63,835 bases of DNA, filler included, from Lenisia limosa (GCA_001655205.1; 11 parts of 11 records of this genome joined end to end with filler, not necessarily neighbours in it); one strand, 5' to 3'; shown: positions 14,201 to 28,735, numbered from the whole stretch's first letter. Notes: generated from the sequence alone by a model not told the origin. Numbers and translations: made by a program.

Positions 14201-16420
14201 TTTCCGGGTGAAGCCCTAGATACTGCACATGGGCGCTTCACTTTTGTCCGAAAGCCCAAAAATATCGATATTTCGGGGAATTATCGAGAAATCAGATTAC
14301 CCTGATCAAGATAAGTCGTCAGGATATCAGATAGGGAAAACAATCAAAATTAACAAAATGTATGACGAATTGATCCCCGCTATCCCTTAAAATGCTCCTA
14401 CCTGAAGTGATTCCAAAGGGCAAAGCCACCGTGTGTGAATGTTCTAAACGCATTAGTTACAGTGCTGGTGTTACTTAAAGACCTTCCTAACGGTCCAAAA
14501 AACATGATTCCCAGAAGAGTCACAAGTCTGAGTATTTCTACAAAAAAGAGAGGTAGAATATCAGGGATTGCTCATGAATGATCAAAGGGACAGTTAGCCT
14601 CCCCCCCCCCCTCTAACCTACACCACTTGAACTCGATTGGTACTTTAGAGGGGAGGTGTATCGGGTGCGTGTTGGCGAATGGGATCTTATCCTGAGAATA
14701 GATGAAGTCTGTTTTAGGAAAGACAAAATATATCATATACTAGCTATATCACACCGTCCATATATCTGTGAATTTTCCTCTATCTGTGAATTTATTTGAA
14801 CTATNNNNNNNNNNNNNNNNNNNNNNNNNNNNNNNNNNNNNNNNNNNNNNNNNNNNNNNNNNNNNNNNNNNNNNNNNNNNNNNNNNNNNNNNNNNNNNNN
14901 NNNNNNNNNNNNNNNNNNNNNNNNNNNNNNNNNNNNNNNNNNNNNNNNNNNNNNNNNNNNNNNNNNNNNNNNNNNNNNNNNNNNNNNNNNNNNNNNNNNN
15001 NNNNNNNNNNNNNNNNNNNNNNNNNNNNNNNNNNNNNNNNNNNNNNNNNNNNNNNNNNNNNNNNNNNNNNNNNNNNNNNNNNNNNNNNNNNNNNNNNNNN
15101 GTTCATTTGGCTTTTTTTCACAGATAGAGAAAAATTCACAGATATATGGACGGTGTGATATGATATGTACAAAAAAGGACCAAATCTCACAATTGCGGCG
15201 ACACGCGTGACGGGCTTGAGTGAACTGAACCGTTGGGGGAGAGCCCTGCTTTTGCGGCAAGAAGGGCAGTTGTGGGGGACTTATACGCTCCGGGGCTGGC
15301 CGAATATCCGACAGGAGAACCCGGGGACAGGGAAGGATGCTGTCAAATAAGAATGGCAAATGTTGAATTGGTTGGAAAATAATGAATAAAGAAAGAATAT
15401 GGACATTGGATGAATACACCAGTGGACTTTGGTATTAAAATTTCTCTATAAATAGATATTGTAATGTGTTGCTGAAGTGGTATCACTCAGGCTTCACTTC
15501 GGTTCAAAAAAGACCGTCAAAATATCGATAGTTTTCGAGGATTTATCGAGATATTCAGTCTTTCGAACCGAAGTGAAGCCCTTGGTACCACGAAGCGGAG
15601 CAAACCCTGAGTCCTTTTGAAGCGGCAAAACTGGCTGCAGGGCTACTGGAGTACAGTAGAGGCCGAGGGAGCACGGGAACACTGGCCTGGCATGTGACAA
15701 GAACGGTATTACGATCCTTTTTGATCGAAAAACGTGTGAAAAGGAAAGATCTTATGTAATACCGAAAAGTTATGTATACTACATGTATATCTAGGGCTTC
15801 ACTTCGGTTCAAAAAAAAGACTAAATTTCTCGATAAATCCTCAAAACCTATCGATATTTGACCGGTCCTTTTCGAACCGAAGTGAAGCCCTAACTATATC
15901 ATATGACATGTATAATACGATATGGGATTTCTGGAGTATGAAAAACAATTCGCCATTTGCCCACTCGGCTATGTGGGGCTGGAGACCTAGGCTCAAACTT
16001 TGGCGGACCGGTCTGGGTTGTTACTAAATGAGAAAAGAAATTATTCGTGCCCGGCATCCAGCACATTGCTTCTTTTTTGTAGGATATTACGAAACCACCC
16101 AACTATTTGACCGTTGACAAAATTAGAAATAATTCAACAGGTAGCGTTTTTAGAAGGAAAAACATGCTTATTTGTCATATGGCTGCAGATAAAACCGAAT
16201 AGCATATTCTTTCTTCATAAAAACAACTTTGTTAAGTTTTGAATCCTCACCATAATCCTTAGATCTGTTGACCCAAAAACTCCAAAGCTCACTTTGCTGG
16301 GGGATGGAAACAGCTGGGATGACGGGAACATTGGTGACGAGTAAGTTGGTCGAATTCGTTTGGGGGTTACAGGAGATCTTGGTCGTAAATTAAGGACGTA
16401 TTCAGATAGTATGAACATGT
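11220..16420 (-). CDS. Scattered Ser/Pro-rich coding exons of one or more hypothetical genes
   Basis: GC-richer exon-like blocks with GT/AG flanks at ~11230, 11770-11890, 13100-13230, 13560-13620, 15190-15345 and 16280-16410, e.g. QHPSLSPGSPVGYSASPGAYKSPTTALLAAKAGLSP. No homology recognised. Confidence 0.3.
13237..13328. mobile_element. MITE family A, full copy with TA on both sides
   Basis: TA-GGGCTTCACTTCGAATCGAAAA...TTTTCGAACCGAAGTGAAGCCC-TA, with core ATATCGATAGTTTTCGAGGATTTATCGAGAAA. Confidence 0.85.
13853..13960. repeat. Minisatellite, 28-bp unit, ~3.7 copies
   Basis: TTATTTGGCCTCCCTTTGTATTGCTGTA repeated. Confidence 0.9.
14143..14292. mobile_element. Two adjacent partial MITE family A copies
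   Basis: CACTTCGGTTC...core...GTGAAGCCCTA followed by GGGCGCTTCACTTTTGTCCGAAA...core. Confidence 0.65.
15490..15581. mobile_element. MITE family A copy
   Basis: Both TIRs and the core are present. Confidence 0.8.
15794..15890. mobile_element. MITE family A, full copy with TA on both sides
   Basis: TA-GGGCTTCACTTCGGTTCAAAA...TTTTCGAACCGAAGTGAAGCCC-TA. Confidence 0.85.
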
Positions 16421-17568
16421 ACATATCATATAGCTATATGTATGTAAATCATATGCATGAAAAGAGGGACAACAGGATAGATGAAAAGAGGAGAGATTGC
16501 ACCCCTCCCGAAAATTAGTTTGGTGTAGAATATAGTGCTTTTGGTTAGCTTGTCAGCATCATCTTGCTATTGGGTGTTTCGGATGTAGTCGTAACACACG
16601 AAGATGGAAGAAAGCAATCAAAGGTATTTCAAACCGGGTTCAATCCTACCTTGATGGAGGGGCAGAGGTGTGCGTATACGGCAAAGGAGACATCCCTCCA
16701 CGCTATTCAATAAGTGGACCGGTAAAAAAAAAAAAAGGAAATGTGAAGAAGAGAAAAAAAATAATAAAAACCCACATTAAATCTGTGGGTTGAAAAAGCT
16801 AAACAATTTCATATACCAGCATCAAAACATATCACAATAACCAAAAGAGAAGGAAAAGAGCACATCATCAAGAACTCCAAACAAACTAGAGGAACAGTAG
16901 ACGCAAGGCCTCCTGGAGAGTAGCGGTTGATGGGTGGGCCAGCACTGCTACTAACAACACTACAACATTAGACCTTCAACCTGCACCTCAAAATGTTCGC
17001 TTTCAATCTTGGAAAGTTTTTTTTTCAGAAGAGGCTTAATGTACTGTTGAAATTGTATGAATGGCATTATGAAAGCCAAGAGGGAAACAAATCGAGAGTA
17101 AGGTGACAGTCATCCTCTTACAATGGGGCTGTTCGAGAAAGTGTTGGATCCATTGTTTTGTCTTCTTTTGTTTGCCAAAAGAGATATTAGGGGTCTTTTT
17201 TAAGACCAAATCATATATATGATTGATATATCAACTTAATTCCCAAATAGATGTGTTGTTACGTTGTTTGTATTGTGGGAGTTGTTGGTTGTAGATGCGC
17301 TCGGCTTCTTCTGTGACGGGCAACGTAAGGGGGGTTAAAAGGGCGCGAATTGCGTGTACAACATATAATGGGTATGGGTTATATGGTAAGTTGGGAACAT
17401 TATTCCCCCCCCCCCCTATTTTGTATTAAAGGAAACACACTGTATTAATCACATAGTTATAGGCTTACAAGACAAAAACTTATTACAGGGTGTTGAAGAC
17501 TATGCTAGTTCACCCAATTTTCCGTTTTTAAGTCGTATTATGTGGTCAACAGAAGTTTAGATTAAATA

Positions 17569-19627
17569 ATGAATAGGTATAAGATATCCCGTAAGCTGGG
17601 AGATGGAACCTATGGGTCTGTCCTGAAAGCTCAAAACATTGTCACTGGTGAAACGGTAAGTCTCTGAGTGAGCCTGTAAGTCACTTCATTATTAAGGTGG
17701 CTATTAAAAAAATGAAAAAGAAGTATTACTCTTGGGAAGAGTGTCTTCAATTGAGAGAAGTCAAGGTTTGTTTTCCTCTCGGCTTTTTTGAGCAATCTTA
17801 TGCATTCAGACGCTCAGAAAGATGAACCATCCTAATATTGTGAAGCTTAAAGAAGTTATTAGGGAGCCTACTGATGAGCTCTTCTTCGTCTTCGAACACA
17901 TGGACGAAAACCTCTATGAAACTATGAAAAAGAGAAGAAAATTGTTCCCAGAGCCCAAAGTTCGGAACATTTGGTACGCGTGGCCCTTCCTGTTCATTAA
18001 CCTCCCTCTAGCTACCAGATCCTCCAAAGTTTGGCTTATATCCACAAACAAGGTTACTTCCACCGCGATATCAAGGTTTGAGAGTCTTGCTCTCCTGATC
18101 TCAATCGTAATTTTCACCATGTCCTGCTATGCCCCTGTTTTTTTTACCATTTAGCCGGAGAACATGCTTGTTAAGGGAGATGTTGTAAAAACAGCTGATT
18201 TTGGGCTTGCAAGAGAAATTCGTTCGAAGCCCCCTTACACCGACTATGTGTCAACAAGATGGTAAAAGGGTCCTTTTTTTATGATTATATCGGCATTTTC
18301 TTCAACTATGTTTACTTGATTCTACCACATTTCTCGTTTGAATATGGAGATTGAGGATCTGGATACCCCCCCCCCCCNNNNNNNNNNNNNNNNNNNNNNN
18401 NNNNNNNNNNNNNNNNNNNNNNNNNNNNNNNNNNNNNNNNNNNNNNNNNNNNNNNNNNNNNNNGAGCCCCTGAAGTTCTCCTCCGGTCACGGACCTACAG
18501 TACCCCCATTGACATTTGGGCTGTCGGCGCTATGATGGCCGAACTGTTCACCCTGCGCCCGCTGTTTCCCGGTACTTCCGAGATTGATACCTTGTTCAAA
18601 GTGGGTTTTTGTGGGGGTATACTTACATATTTCGGTAGATGTTGTTCTTCGGGGCAGTTTCGAGCTCCCAGCTTTTTGCGTGTAACGAAGGCCAAAGCTT
18701 ATCACAATTTTTTCTCTCGTTATTTTGTTTTGTCACCTGTAAACTGGGACCTTTGATGAACGGATCTAATGATCTAGGTGTGCAGTGTGTTTGGCCCTCC
18801 ATCACCGCAGGATTGGCCCGAGTCCATTAAGCTGGCCAAATCCATGAACTACACTTTCCCTCAGGTAAGGCCACTGTTAGTTTTGAGTCTTTAAGTTGCA
18901 AGAGTTGTAAGAGACCAAGGAATAAGGATTCAAACTAATATATAGCAAAATAATAATAATAAGTTCAGACTAATAACAATATATACATGTATGTCATACT
19001 CCTTACTTATCCCGTTTGCATTGAAGTCACCTCATTTTCAGTGCAAGTCAGTCCCTTTGAAGCAAATTGTACCAAACGCGTCTGACGAAGCCATTAACCT
19101 CATGGAGGTATGCGATTGTTTTCAAGGCTAGTGAAACCCCGAATCTTTTTCATTGTTTCATTTGTTAATTTTTACTTTTTGTCTGACTATATGCTATCGA
19201 TTTTTTATTATCCATTTTCGAACCAAAGTGAAGCCCCAGTGCCTCCCTTTCGCAGTGCTGATTTATTCAGGAAATGATGGCATACAACCCATCAAAGCGC
19301 ATTACCTGCAGCCGGGCATTGCATCACCCCTTTTTCCTTGACAAAATGGTCGTACCTGCCCCAATGGCGAGTACCACCACGGTAGCCCCGGTATCGAGTC
19401 AGACCCCCACGGCCGCGCACACCTCCTCCATTTCCAACCAACAGCACCACCCGCAGCCGCAAGCTCATCAGCATTGTGGGCTTTTCTATCAGTTTCTTCC
19501 AAATACCAAGTTTTGTGTTGTCCGCTAGCCCCCTCTTTTTTTTAACATAGTAGCAACTGGGTCTTCAACACTCCCGAGTATGTCCAAGCAGCAACAGGCG
19601 CGCAGAACGCAGGCACCAACAACCCAG
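17569..19627 (+). CDS. MAK: MAK/ICK (RCK family) CMGC Ser/Thr kinase, 3' end missing
   Basis: [21 protein letters not shown]...[23 protein letters not shown]...[13 protein letters not shown]...HRDIKPENMLV...[23 protein letters not shown]. The TDY activation loop is diagnostic. Introns are canonical. Confidence 0.93.
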
Positions 19628-22600
19628 GTAAGCAGAACCCGACTCATTTTGATGTGGTCTGGTATAATCTGTGGAAATGGAAATGTGACCGAGATTACTT
19701 GAGATAGCAAGGATTAATGAACCAAATGGGATCTCTTTTAATGCTAGCCCCTCGNNNNNNNNNNNNNNNNNNNNNNNNNNNNNNNNNNNNNNNNNNNNTT
19801 AATTAATTAANNNNNNNNNNNNNNNNNNNNNNNNNNNNNNNNNNNNNNNNNNNNTTTATTTTTTATTACATGCGGTGTCTTCAGAGTTGTAAGGCAAATG
19901 ATTGGGTGAATTAATATTATACTATAGTTTAATATCTCTAATAAGCGTGATGGTGGGTCGTATTTGGCCATACCATATAATATAGTAATCGTATGTACTT
20001 GTGGTATAATATGCCATAGTATTATATGAAACATTCAAAATTCAAAACAAATGTGCGTATGTGGTGAGATTCAAAACAAATGTGCGTATGTGGTATGTGG
20101 TGAGAGGGTATGTTAAAGAACACATACCAACACATCTTATTACCCCTTAGACGAGAATACAAAGAAATGGCTACGAGACAGTGTGCATGAGTGGAAGGGC
20201 TTTACTGACTTCACCCGCATGAGCTGGGGCACCGCTAAGAAGCTAGAAAACGAGAAATGTGTTAATGTTAAGTGGTGAGGGGGGGGGGTAATACGGGGGT
20301 AATAAGAAATGTNNNNNNNNNNNNNNNNNNNNNNNNNNNNNNNNNNNNNNNNNNNNNNNNNNNNNNNNNNNNNNNNNNNNNNNNNNNNNNNNNNNNNNNN
20401 NNNNNNNNNNNNNNNNNNGTCATCCTTTATAATTACCTAAAGAAACCCTCGATGAACTCTGACCTTTACAGGAGAGAAGATGAAGATGAGAAGAAAAAAC
20501 GTCTCAAAAACCAGACCAAAGTCAATGCTATAAAAGTAGGAGCTTCCCTTCTTATTTTGGGTTTTTTTGTTTTGTTTTGTGGGGGGGGGGGTGAAATGCT
20601 TTTTGGTATTTTTTTGATGTTTTGTTGTTTTACCCAGGTTTTACCGTTGTGCTNNNNNNNNNNNNNNNNNNNNNNNNNNNNNNNNNNNNNNNNNNNNNNN
20701 NNNNNNNNNNNNNNNNNNNNNNNNNNNNNNNNNNNNNNNNNNNNNNNNNNNNNNNNNNNNNNNNNNNNNNNNNNNNNNNNNNNNNNNNTTGTTATTAACT
20801 CTCGTGTGTTATCAACAGAATTGATTTGGGCTTTTTTTATTTTGTTTTGTTGTTTCATTAATTTTCCTTGTTTAACCCTCACCCAGCCCAAGCCATATTG
20901 CCGATTTTGGCGCAAGTCAGGGTTCCGACAATCCGTAGCTTCCGACACAATCCGGGGGATGAAAGTGGCTTCTTTTTAGAGTAGAATACTGAGGTTCTTT
21001 TGTAAATTAGTTGATGGTATTATTTAGTTTTTCATTTTGTAAAGCCTGGGGTGTCTGTACTTCCCGACTATCAAAGACACAGATAGTCCAGCCATCAACA
21101 TTATGCTTATCAGAGTTTTTGGAAGAGAAGCCTATCAGAGACTGTATCTGGCTGAAGCGTCCAAACCATCAAATGTATTATTTGGGGGGAGGGTACATTA
21201 AACTTCTTAAATACGAGGGAACAAAGAAAACAACTAAAGAGGAGCGATAATGCAGGTCAGAGCCATGTCTGAATTGTTGAGATGAGGTTATTTTATTTTC
21301 AGAAAGGAATTAGGAAGTTTGAGAGTTTAGCAAGTACTTATGTATTTCAGGTAGTATACAATAATGAGTTTGGTCAAGAATCCCCCCCACCGTCCCATAA
21401 CTTCCCTATCACCCTCTAAATTTCAATACGACGTATTATTTAAGCAAACCTTTTCTTTCTCCAGTGGTCCAGAGGAAATTCGACAAATGTACGTTATTTC
21501 AGTGTTTCTTGGCACTTGGGCGCTTAACAGCAGGGAGAACCGCCCTTAATTCATTTAAAAGTCGGTGGGAGACCCCATTAGATTGTCTGTCAGCATGTCT
21601 GTCAACTTGTCTGTCATCTTTTCTTTGAGGGTAATCTTTGGACATCTCAATTCTGGCTTGGCGCTGCCGTAGGAAATCTTCCCCTCTTTCCAGAGCTGAA
21701 AAATCAATATGATTGTAATATGCAGAGGATGAGAATAATCCGAACCCAATAACGGCTTTGTACAAGTAGGTTCAGCTCTGAAAATAGGGTGGTTTTCAAA
21801 TATGATTTTTATAAGAGCCCATTAATCACCCAGATACCTTCTGAAAAATCCGGGGGTGGGGGAGGAGGTGGGCACCCGGGTACGAGCGGGGTAACCTCCT
21901 GCACATGAGAAGAAAATACTCATTTGTTGTGATTCGAAAAAAGGGAATTGGGAAAATACTTCAGGGTCATCATCATCATCTCAGACCTAAAGCCCTTTGA
22001 TCATTTTATTCTCCAGAACTGCCTTCCTGTCACCCCAACTTCAACCAGACTCTACACACCACCCACCATCACAGTATCGAGGTCATGGACAGCTGTTTCG
22101 TCAATAGGAAGGCTTCGATCTTCTGGTCCTGATAATGTTGGAGATTTCATTGTGTTTTACACAGATATTCAGTATTCTAAGTAAGGTGTATTTAAATATG
22201 ATATTTGATATGATGAACGAAGACAGCACGAGTGTTCATCCCTAGTGTATCAGAGTATCATTGAGGCATTATCAAATGAGTTTATATGAGGTATCCAATC
22301 ACTGCGTCGAAAATGAGACCCAAAAGGTGATTGATATTATGAGAGTGTTTTGCCTTTAAAAATTAAAAATCCTGGGAGTTCGAGAGCTCACACCCCCACA
22401 AACTCACATCCCCCCCTCTCCCCAATTTTCCTAGCACTTAGAAACAAAAAACAAGGTTTTATCTGACCGAAGCCGTCCATACCATCACACTGAAACGAGA
22501 TATTGAATTATAGTATCTGGCCGAAGCCGTCAACACCATCGTGCTGCAACTAGATATTGGATAATAGTATAATAGTAATTCACCCAGTATACCAACCATA

Positions 22601-23661
22601 TCACCCCTACATACCCACAGCCACAGTTTCATATTCCTGGGGGTCCATGACGGGATCATATGGCCTTTCACACTCCTCTCCGGTTGGGGAAAACTCCATA
22701 ACGTCATCTTTACTACGGGGAATCTGTGGTATATTAAGGGCGCGGAAGGCTTTTGGGAAAGTGAGCAAATGTTTGGAAGAATATCAAAACAACTAAGATG
22801 AATATTATAAAACCACCACTCCCACCGGTTGTTGAGGTTTGGTAGGCTCCTCGGGGGATATGACGCCCTAATAAGATCAATAGATCCATTATCAACTCTA
22901 AGATTAGTGTGGGCTAGGGATGTAGAATGGGAAAATTTATGAAACAGAAAAAAATCCAAATCAACCCTGTTGGCTGACAACACACAAGGGTTGATAACAA
23001 CAAAACAAATACCCAGGCCAGTCGCTTCTGCTAAAATTAATGAAACAATATGAAAATGACACGCCACCCCCTTCCACCAACAGAGTTTATTATGGGCTTT
23101 TTTTTTCTTTTCTATTTTACCTCCCCCCCCCCCCNNNNNNNNNNNNNNNNNNNNNNNNNNNNNNNNNNNNNNNNNNNNNNNNNNNNCACGGACCGGGCAA
23201 GTTGGGCCGCTACATCTTCCGTCCCCTCCGTCCCCTCAACCACCAGGGTTCTCGTAAGTCTAAAAAAATAATAAATTGTGCTGGTGTACTAGGCGTATCC
23301 CTAAGTTCTCTTTATTGTATTGTCGCGTTCTTAAAACAGACCGCTAAAACAGAATAAAACCTCGGAGTATAGGAGTATAAGGCTTTCCCCTTGAATTTGG
23401 GGTACAGCTTTTGACAAATTTTGAACAAAATTCATGGATTTGAGGCTTGGTTAAATGAATGAATCTGGTTTGGAGATCTGTTTTAAAGCAAAGATACCCC
23501 TCTGCATATAACCACACCATCTCACTCTGCGAATAGTTTCGATGACTCTCCCAGCCAGTTACTGAAAGTTGCCACGGAGTGCGTTAATGCAAGAGGCAAA
23601 TTGACTGAATCTATAGGTTTTTAGAGATGGAAAACGGGGAAAATACAACAAAGCTACACTT

Positions 23662-23757
23662 GGGCTTCACTTCGGTTCGCAAAATACCAGTAAAACATAG
23701 ATAGCTTTGGAGGATTTATCTAGAAATTCACTCTTTTTTCGAACCGAAGTGAAGCCC
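23662..23757. mobile_element. MITE family A copy
   Basis: Both TIRs present, core slightly diverged. Confidence 0.8.
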
Positions 23758-25144
23758 TACATCACAGTCATAGAGAAGTTCTCATATCAACAGAATAATG
23801 ATATTGCCAAGATTGAGAACGTCTTCGTGCTCCCCAAACCTGCTACTGACGCTATAGAATCGGCAGTACCAGCTTTTAGCGAGGTTAAACCCTGGTGGGT
23901 TAGTCGGGCAAACGAAGCAACTCCGAAAACAATAATACTATTATTTAATATCATATCACTCTTTTTGGATCATTTTTGCACTGGTTCAGTGATATGCTAC
24001 CTCATATCTACTACTGTGATAATTGACCAAGTCTCAAAGATACTCTGGCTTCAACCAATACTGTTCAACGAGTTAGTAACCTCCTTGAGCAAACACAGTA
24101 TCATGGACAAACAAGAGAAGAGCAAGCCAAACAAAGGACCTTCCCCCAACATTGAAATGCGATTTACTTAAAAGTTGAAGGGAGATTGTGGCCTTTCGAA
24201 GAGTGACACAAGAGCCTGTCAAAGTAAAGGAAACTGATGGGGGGGGGGGGGGNNNNNNNNNNNNNNNNNNNNNNNNNNNNNNNNNNNNNNNNNNNNNNNN
24301 NNNNNNNNNNNNNNNNNNNNNNNNNNNNNNNNNNNNNNNNNNNCAAAAACCCAGAATCTGATGGCTGAACATTTGAGGAGCACACAAGGGGTTGAAAATA
24401 AGCATACAAACAAAGCCCAGACCGATCGCTTCTGATGCATGCACCGAACCACATCACTTGGGGGAGGGGAGTGTCATTGGAAAAATAGGGAGTGTCATAT
24501 AATAACAGGTGAGTGTGAGCGGCTGACAAAATCTGCATCATCATCAATTCATCCCCTCACCAGTACCCAGAGCCAAAGACACAACAACAGCAGCCGAACT
24601 GAGCCTGTTCCACAGAAGAAACTCTAAAATATAAAGTGTAAGTAGCGGTCTATACCCCTGTCTACACCCCTGTCTATACCCCCCCCCCTAACCAAGACNN
24701 NNNNNNNNNNNNNNNNNNNNNNNNNNNNNNNNNNNNNNNNNNNNNNNNNNNNNNNNNNNNNNNNNNNNNNNNNNNNNNNNNNNNNACTAAATGGCGATGT
24801 TACAAGAGGGAGGAAATAAGACTGGCGCTGTTAGAAGAGAGAGGAAATAAGACTGGAATCTCTGCAATTAATTGTAAAATATAATATTAAAATTTGAAGT
24901 GTGACAACAAAAGAATAACGAAAAGTAGTCTCGCAAAATCCTAATCCTCATACAGCAGCTGAAATGGGGGTCCTAACACCCAAAGATCGACATATTTCTG
25001 GCAAATCTTCTCCCAAACAGTCGGAATGGTCCCGAAATACTGAGTCATCAAATGAGGAAATGGATCATGAAGCGGAATTACATCATAGTATGAACTAATT
25101 TAACAACAAGGAGTATAATAATGGCAAATACAGTGACCGCAACG

Positions 25145-25200
25145 ATAAGTCCTGACACGATTGACTAAATATACCATACCTGTGTCAGCAGGACTTATCG
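25145..25200. repeat. Hairpin mini-element family E (~55 bp)
   Basis: GATAAGTCCTGACAC...GTGTCAGCAGGACTTATC inverted ends. Related copies at 61503-61560 and 63683-63790. Confidence 0.65.
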
Positions 25201-25404
25201 CGATCAATGTATAAGTTACGATATAAATTAAGTTCGTACAAAAAAGATAAAATGAAGGAGTCTCATCGAAGCCAGCCACATTATTACGTGTATAAGGGAT
25301 GGTGATGAATAGTATCATAATAATCACTGTGTACGTTGAGTTGGTATGAAACAAACTAGTACCCAATCTCCCCTCATAATCACAATACAAAAATACAAAG
25401 TTGC

Positions 25405-25575
25405 TTTTTTCTCTCAAAGGACAACCTTTTTTCTCAAAAGACAACCTTTTTTCTCAAAAGACAACCTTTTTTCTCAAAAGACAACCTCTTTTCTCTCAAA
25501 AGACAACCTTTTTTCTCAAAAGACAACCTCTTTCTCTCAAAAGACAACCTTTTTTCTCAAAAGACAACCTTTTTT
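25405..25575. repeat. Minisatellite, ~20-22-bp unit, ~8 copies
   Basis: TTTTCTCAAAAGACAACC(T)n repeated. Confidence 0.9.
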
Positions 25576-25789
25576 GTTAATTTATCGAAGATTTTTTTTT
25601 TGCAGATTTAGCCTATTTTTGGGACCGTCTAATATGATATCATATCATAAGATACCCATTTATATAGTAAATGAACATAACAACAGTCTACCTTTCTTCT
25701 GTACGATAATTTGGGAGCGAACCACCTGGCGGAAAAGGGTTTCTTCAGAGAGGGACTGGGGAGACGATAGGCTGGAACGTCAGATAGTG

Positions 25790-25885
25790 GATGATGATGA
25801 AGAAGAAGAAGAAGAAGAAGAAGAAGAAGAAGAAGAAGATGATGATGATGATGGTGATGGTTATGATAGTGGTAATGATGATGGA
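25790..25885. repeat. GAA/GAT trinucleotide microsatellite
   Basis: (GAT)n(GAA)~13(GAT)n run. Confidence 0.9.
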
Positions 25886-28735
25886 TAACATATGCACAAA
25901 TGACAAATGAAAATTAAGAGCAGCGTAAAAATCTCACATCTTGGAGTTTCTGTTGAGAAGACTGAGTTGACGGTGTTTGAGGAAACCCTCAATCGTAAAT
26001 TAAAAAAACGAGATCCTTTGCACTCACTTCACTTCGATAATAATTGTAAATTTCTAAAAAGGGGGGGAGGGGGGGGCTGACAGGGTATTATTTTCTTATC
26101 AATTGATCCACTGGAAGTCAGGGTTTCACCCAGGTTGCAAGAGAAAGGAATGAGAAATTATCGAGGAATTGAGTCTTTTTTGGAACCAAAAGTCTTAACA
26201 GTGTACATTGCAGTCTTCCAGTCCGAAAAAATACCCTAATGTAAAAATAGGCATAAATTATGTTCAAATTATTAACCATGCCACTCGAAGGCTGTACGTA
26301 TTGAATATGCCAACCTCTGTTTCTTTGATGAGCAGATTGGAGTTAATGAGGAACCTAAACTCCATTAATGAGCAAAAATTGGAAATGAAAAATAAAACAA
26401 GGGAGAATGATTCGAAAAAATGAATCCATATAGTATATCCACTAGTGATATCGAGTGATAGAGTTTCATTGAGATTTTTCTCTCAATTATCTCAAGCGTG
26501 ATATGGTGTATCATGTTACTTCGAAAAAAAAAATAGTTCACACGTGTGAAATGTACCAAAAATTTAAAAGAGAAACAAAAAGGAGTTTACGGATCACCCC
26601 AAGATACAAAAGCGGTCTCAGAATCCTCTCACCCAAATAAAGGTGCCAAAAACTCGTCTTTTTCAGTTCCAAAAAGTGGCGGTGGTGATAAGCTATTTCC
26701 TGAGGGTGAGAATTCCAGAGGGATTTGGAATCATTTGCCTGCAGGGATTTTGTTTTGAGTTGGTTTTCCCAGCGATTTTTATCCCAGGGAAAATGACGAA
26801 AGTGAAAATCCCTTGGACACATGATCTATTGGGTGGGTAGAGGGGAAGGGGTAAATCGTTTGATGAAACAACTAAAAACCGGCACCTAGCACATATCGAT
26901 ATCATAATATATCTAATACAGAAACCCCATAAAATAAAAATGATAACAATTACTGCAACTCCTACCTCCAAGTGAAAACCTGAAATTTGCAACAGCAAAA
27001 CTGGGGAGGTTAATGTGTTCTAACGCCTCATTTTTCGACTTGAAAAGCCATGAGGAGGCAAAAACTGCCCAATTCCTCGCAGAACCCAGGAAGAATAGCC
27101 ACGACACAATCCAGGAAAATAATGACGAATCTGAGGGGTGAATTTACACCTCATGTGACAAGACAGTTAGCGGGATTGAAAGTAGTCAAATAAGCTGTAA
27201 TGTGAACAAATAGTTGCCCAACACCCATACATTTCAGTTTCCTGTTGTTTTCACATGTGCAAAACACATCATCAGGAAGACTCGAAATATCGATCCAGCC
27301 TAAATAGTTACTCAGAACAACTTTTTAGACTAGGCATGTTATAAACATCATTGGATGCAGAGTTATTATACTAATTTTTAAGTATCATAGGAAGTGGAGA
27401 TATTATACTTATCTTGTAAGTATCATAGAATGCAGAGATATCATACTTATCTTTTTTGTGAGATGTATATACATATTATAGGTACACGGTACAATACTCC
27501 CACGTTCATGAACAGGCTGAGGATTGACAAGTGCATTTTGCAGACAGGCGGAAGCGTATAAAACCCTCAGGTCACAAGAGGAACATGAATGATTCTGCTG
27601 GGTGAAAGAGACGGACAGGAAAATATAGTTTTATGAAACTTTATGACAAACTTTGATTAGAGGATTTGAAATGACTTACACTATAGTATAGCAAAGAGAA
27701 ATACAAATTAAGGTTGTATCTGACCGAAGCCGTCCACACCATCACGCTTTTAAGAGATATTGGATTATAGTATTTCAATAAGCACCATCGAAATTCATAC
27801 CCCACCTTGTCCATTTGCTCCGTTTCCATTTCTCCAAGCAAGGTCATCTTAACTAAGTGATGAACAGGGTGAGTAGAGAGATGGAGGGAGGGGGGGAGGA
27901 AATTTGGAAAATTTATAAAACTGAATAAAGCCCAAAATCAACACTGTTGGTTAACAACACACGAGGGTTGAAAACAACAAAACAAAAATAGGCCAGTAAG
28001 AGATGTACGGCCAATTTATCAATGAGGAGACAATAAAGTTCAATATGGCAAAAAGGGCGATTTTCGATTGTTGTGGGTAAAAGGCTGTTCAGAACTTTGA
28101 TCATCATAAGAACTGGTGCTTTTGCACTGAAGCCACCACCTGCCCTCTGAAACAACCAGAAGCTACAAAAGTAGTGGCTGAGAGGGACAAATCAAACAGA
28201 CTTAGAAAGATGATATAATAGTGTGTTCAATACCCACCAAAACTAGTTAAGAAAAAAAAAAAAAAAAAATCCCAANNNNNNNNNNNNNNNNNNNNNNNNN
28301 NNNNNNNNNNNNNNNNNNNNNNNNNNNNNNNNNNNNNAATATTGCTTATTACAGTTTGTAAAAGAAAAACCTATTGGATTCTGGAAGAAGAACTTATAAG
28401 CAACTACAGAGGGAAAGGGGTGGAATTGTAATTGTACAAAGGGGGGGAAGAAATATTTCGCCTATTCACCAAACAAACTTACAGTTTAGTATTGTTTTAG
28501 AGTCTTTCACGCAGTCAGGGGAGATGGGAAGCTCCTGCAATACACCGCCAAAAGACAACCAAAGTAGTTCAGCTCTTCACCATAATTGATTCTTGTCAAA
28601 CCATCGTCAAAACACCATAATACAACAGCGAAACAATCAGATTCATCAGATTGAGATTTCATAAAACATAAAATATTACACAACCTGAAATATTCAATCA
28701 AGTACGGGAATCAAAATGAAAGCCAAATACATATA

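Noticed and set aside
14733-15419. Long ORFs in the track containing X runs (also 20272-20979, 32681-33260 and others)
   Set aside because: They are open only because they cross N gaps.
13237-15890. Clustered palindromic repeats as a CRISPR array or bacterial REP elements
   Set aside because: Irregular spacing, no repeat-spacer periodicity, no cas genes, TA-flanked TIR structure and a eukaryotic intron context.
20890-20935. HIADFG resembling a kinase DFG motif
   Set aside because: In-frame TAG follows within 9 codons, no other kinase motifs are nearby, and another frame reads more plausibly.
22459-23067. 202-aa minus-strand ORF
   Set aside because: Both ends are made of repeat families B and C, and no protein family was recognised.
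25346-25888. 180-aa ORF with repeats and an acidic tail
   Set aside because: Produced by a minisatellite plus a GAA/GAT microsatellite. A short real acidic exon cannot be excluded.
26720-26800. RDFVLSWF resembling a PXA-domain motif
   Set aside because: The frame is closed by stops on both sides and no supporting exons were found.
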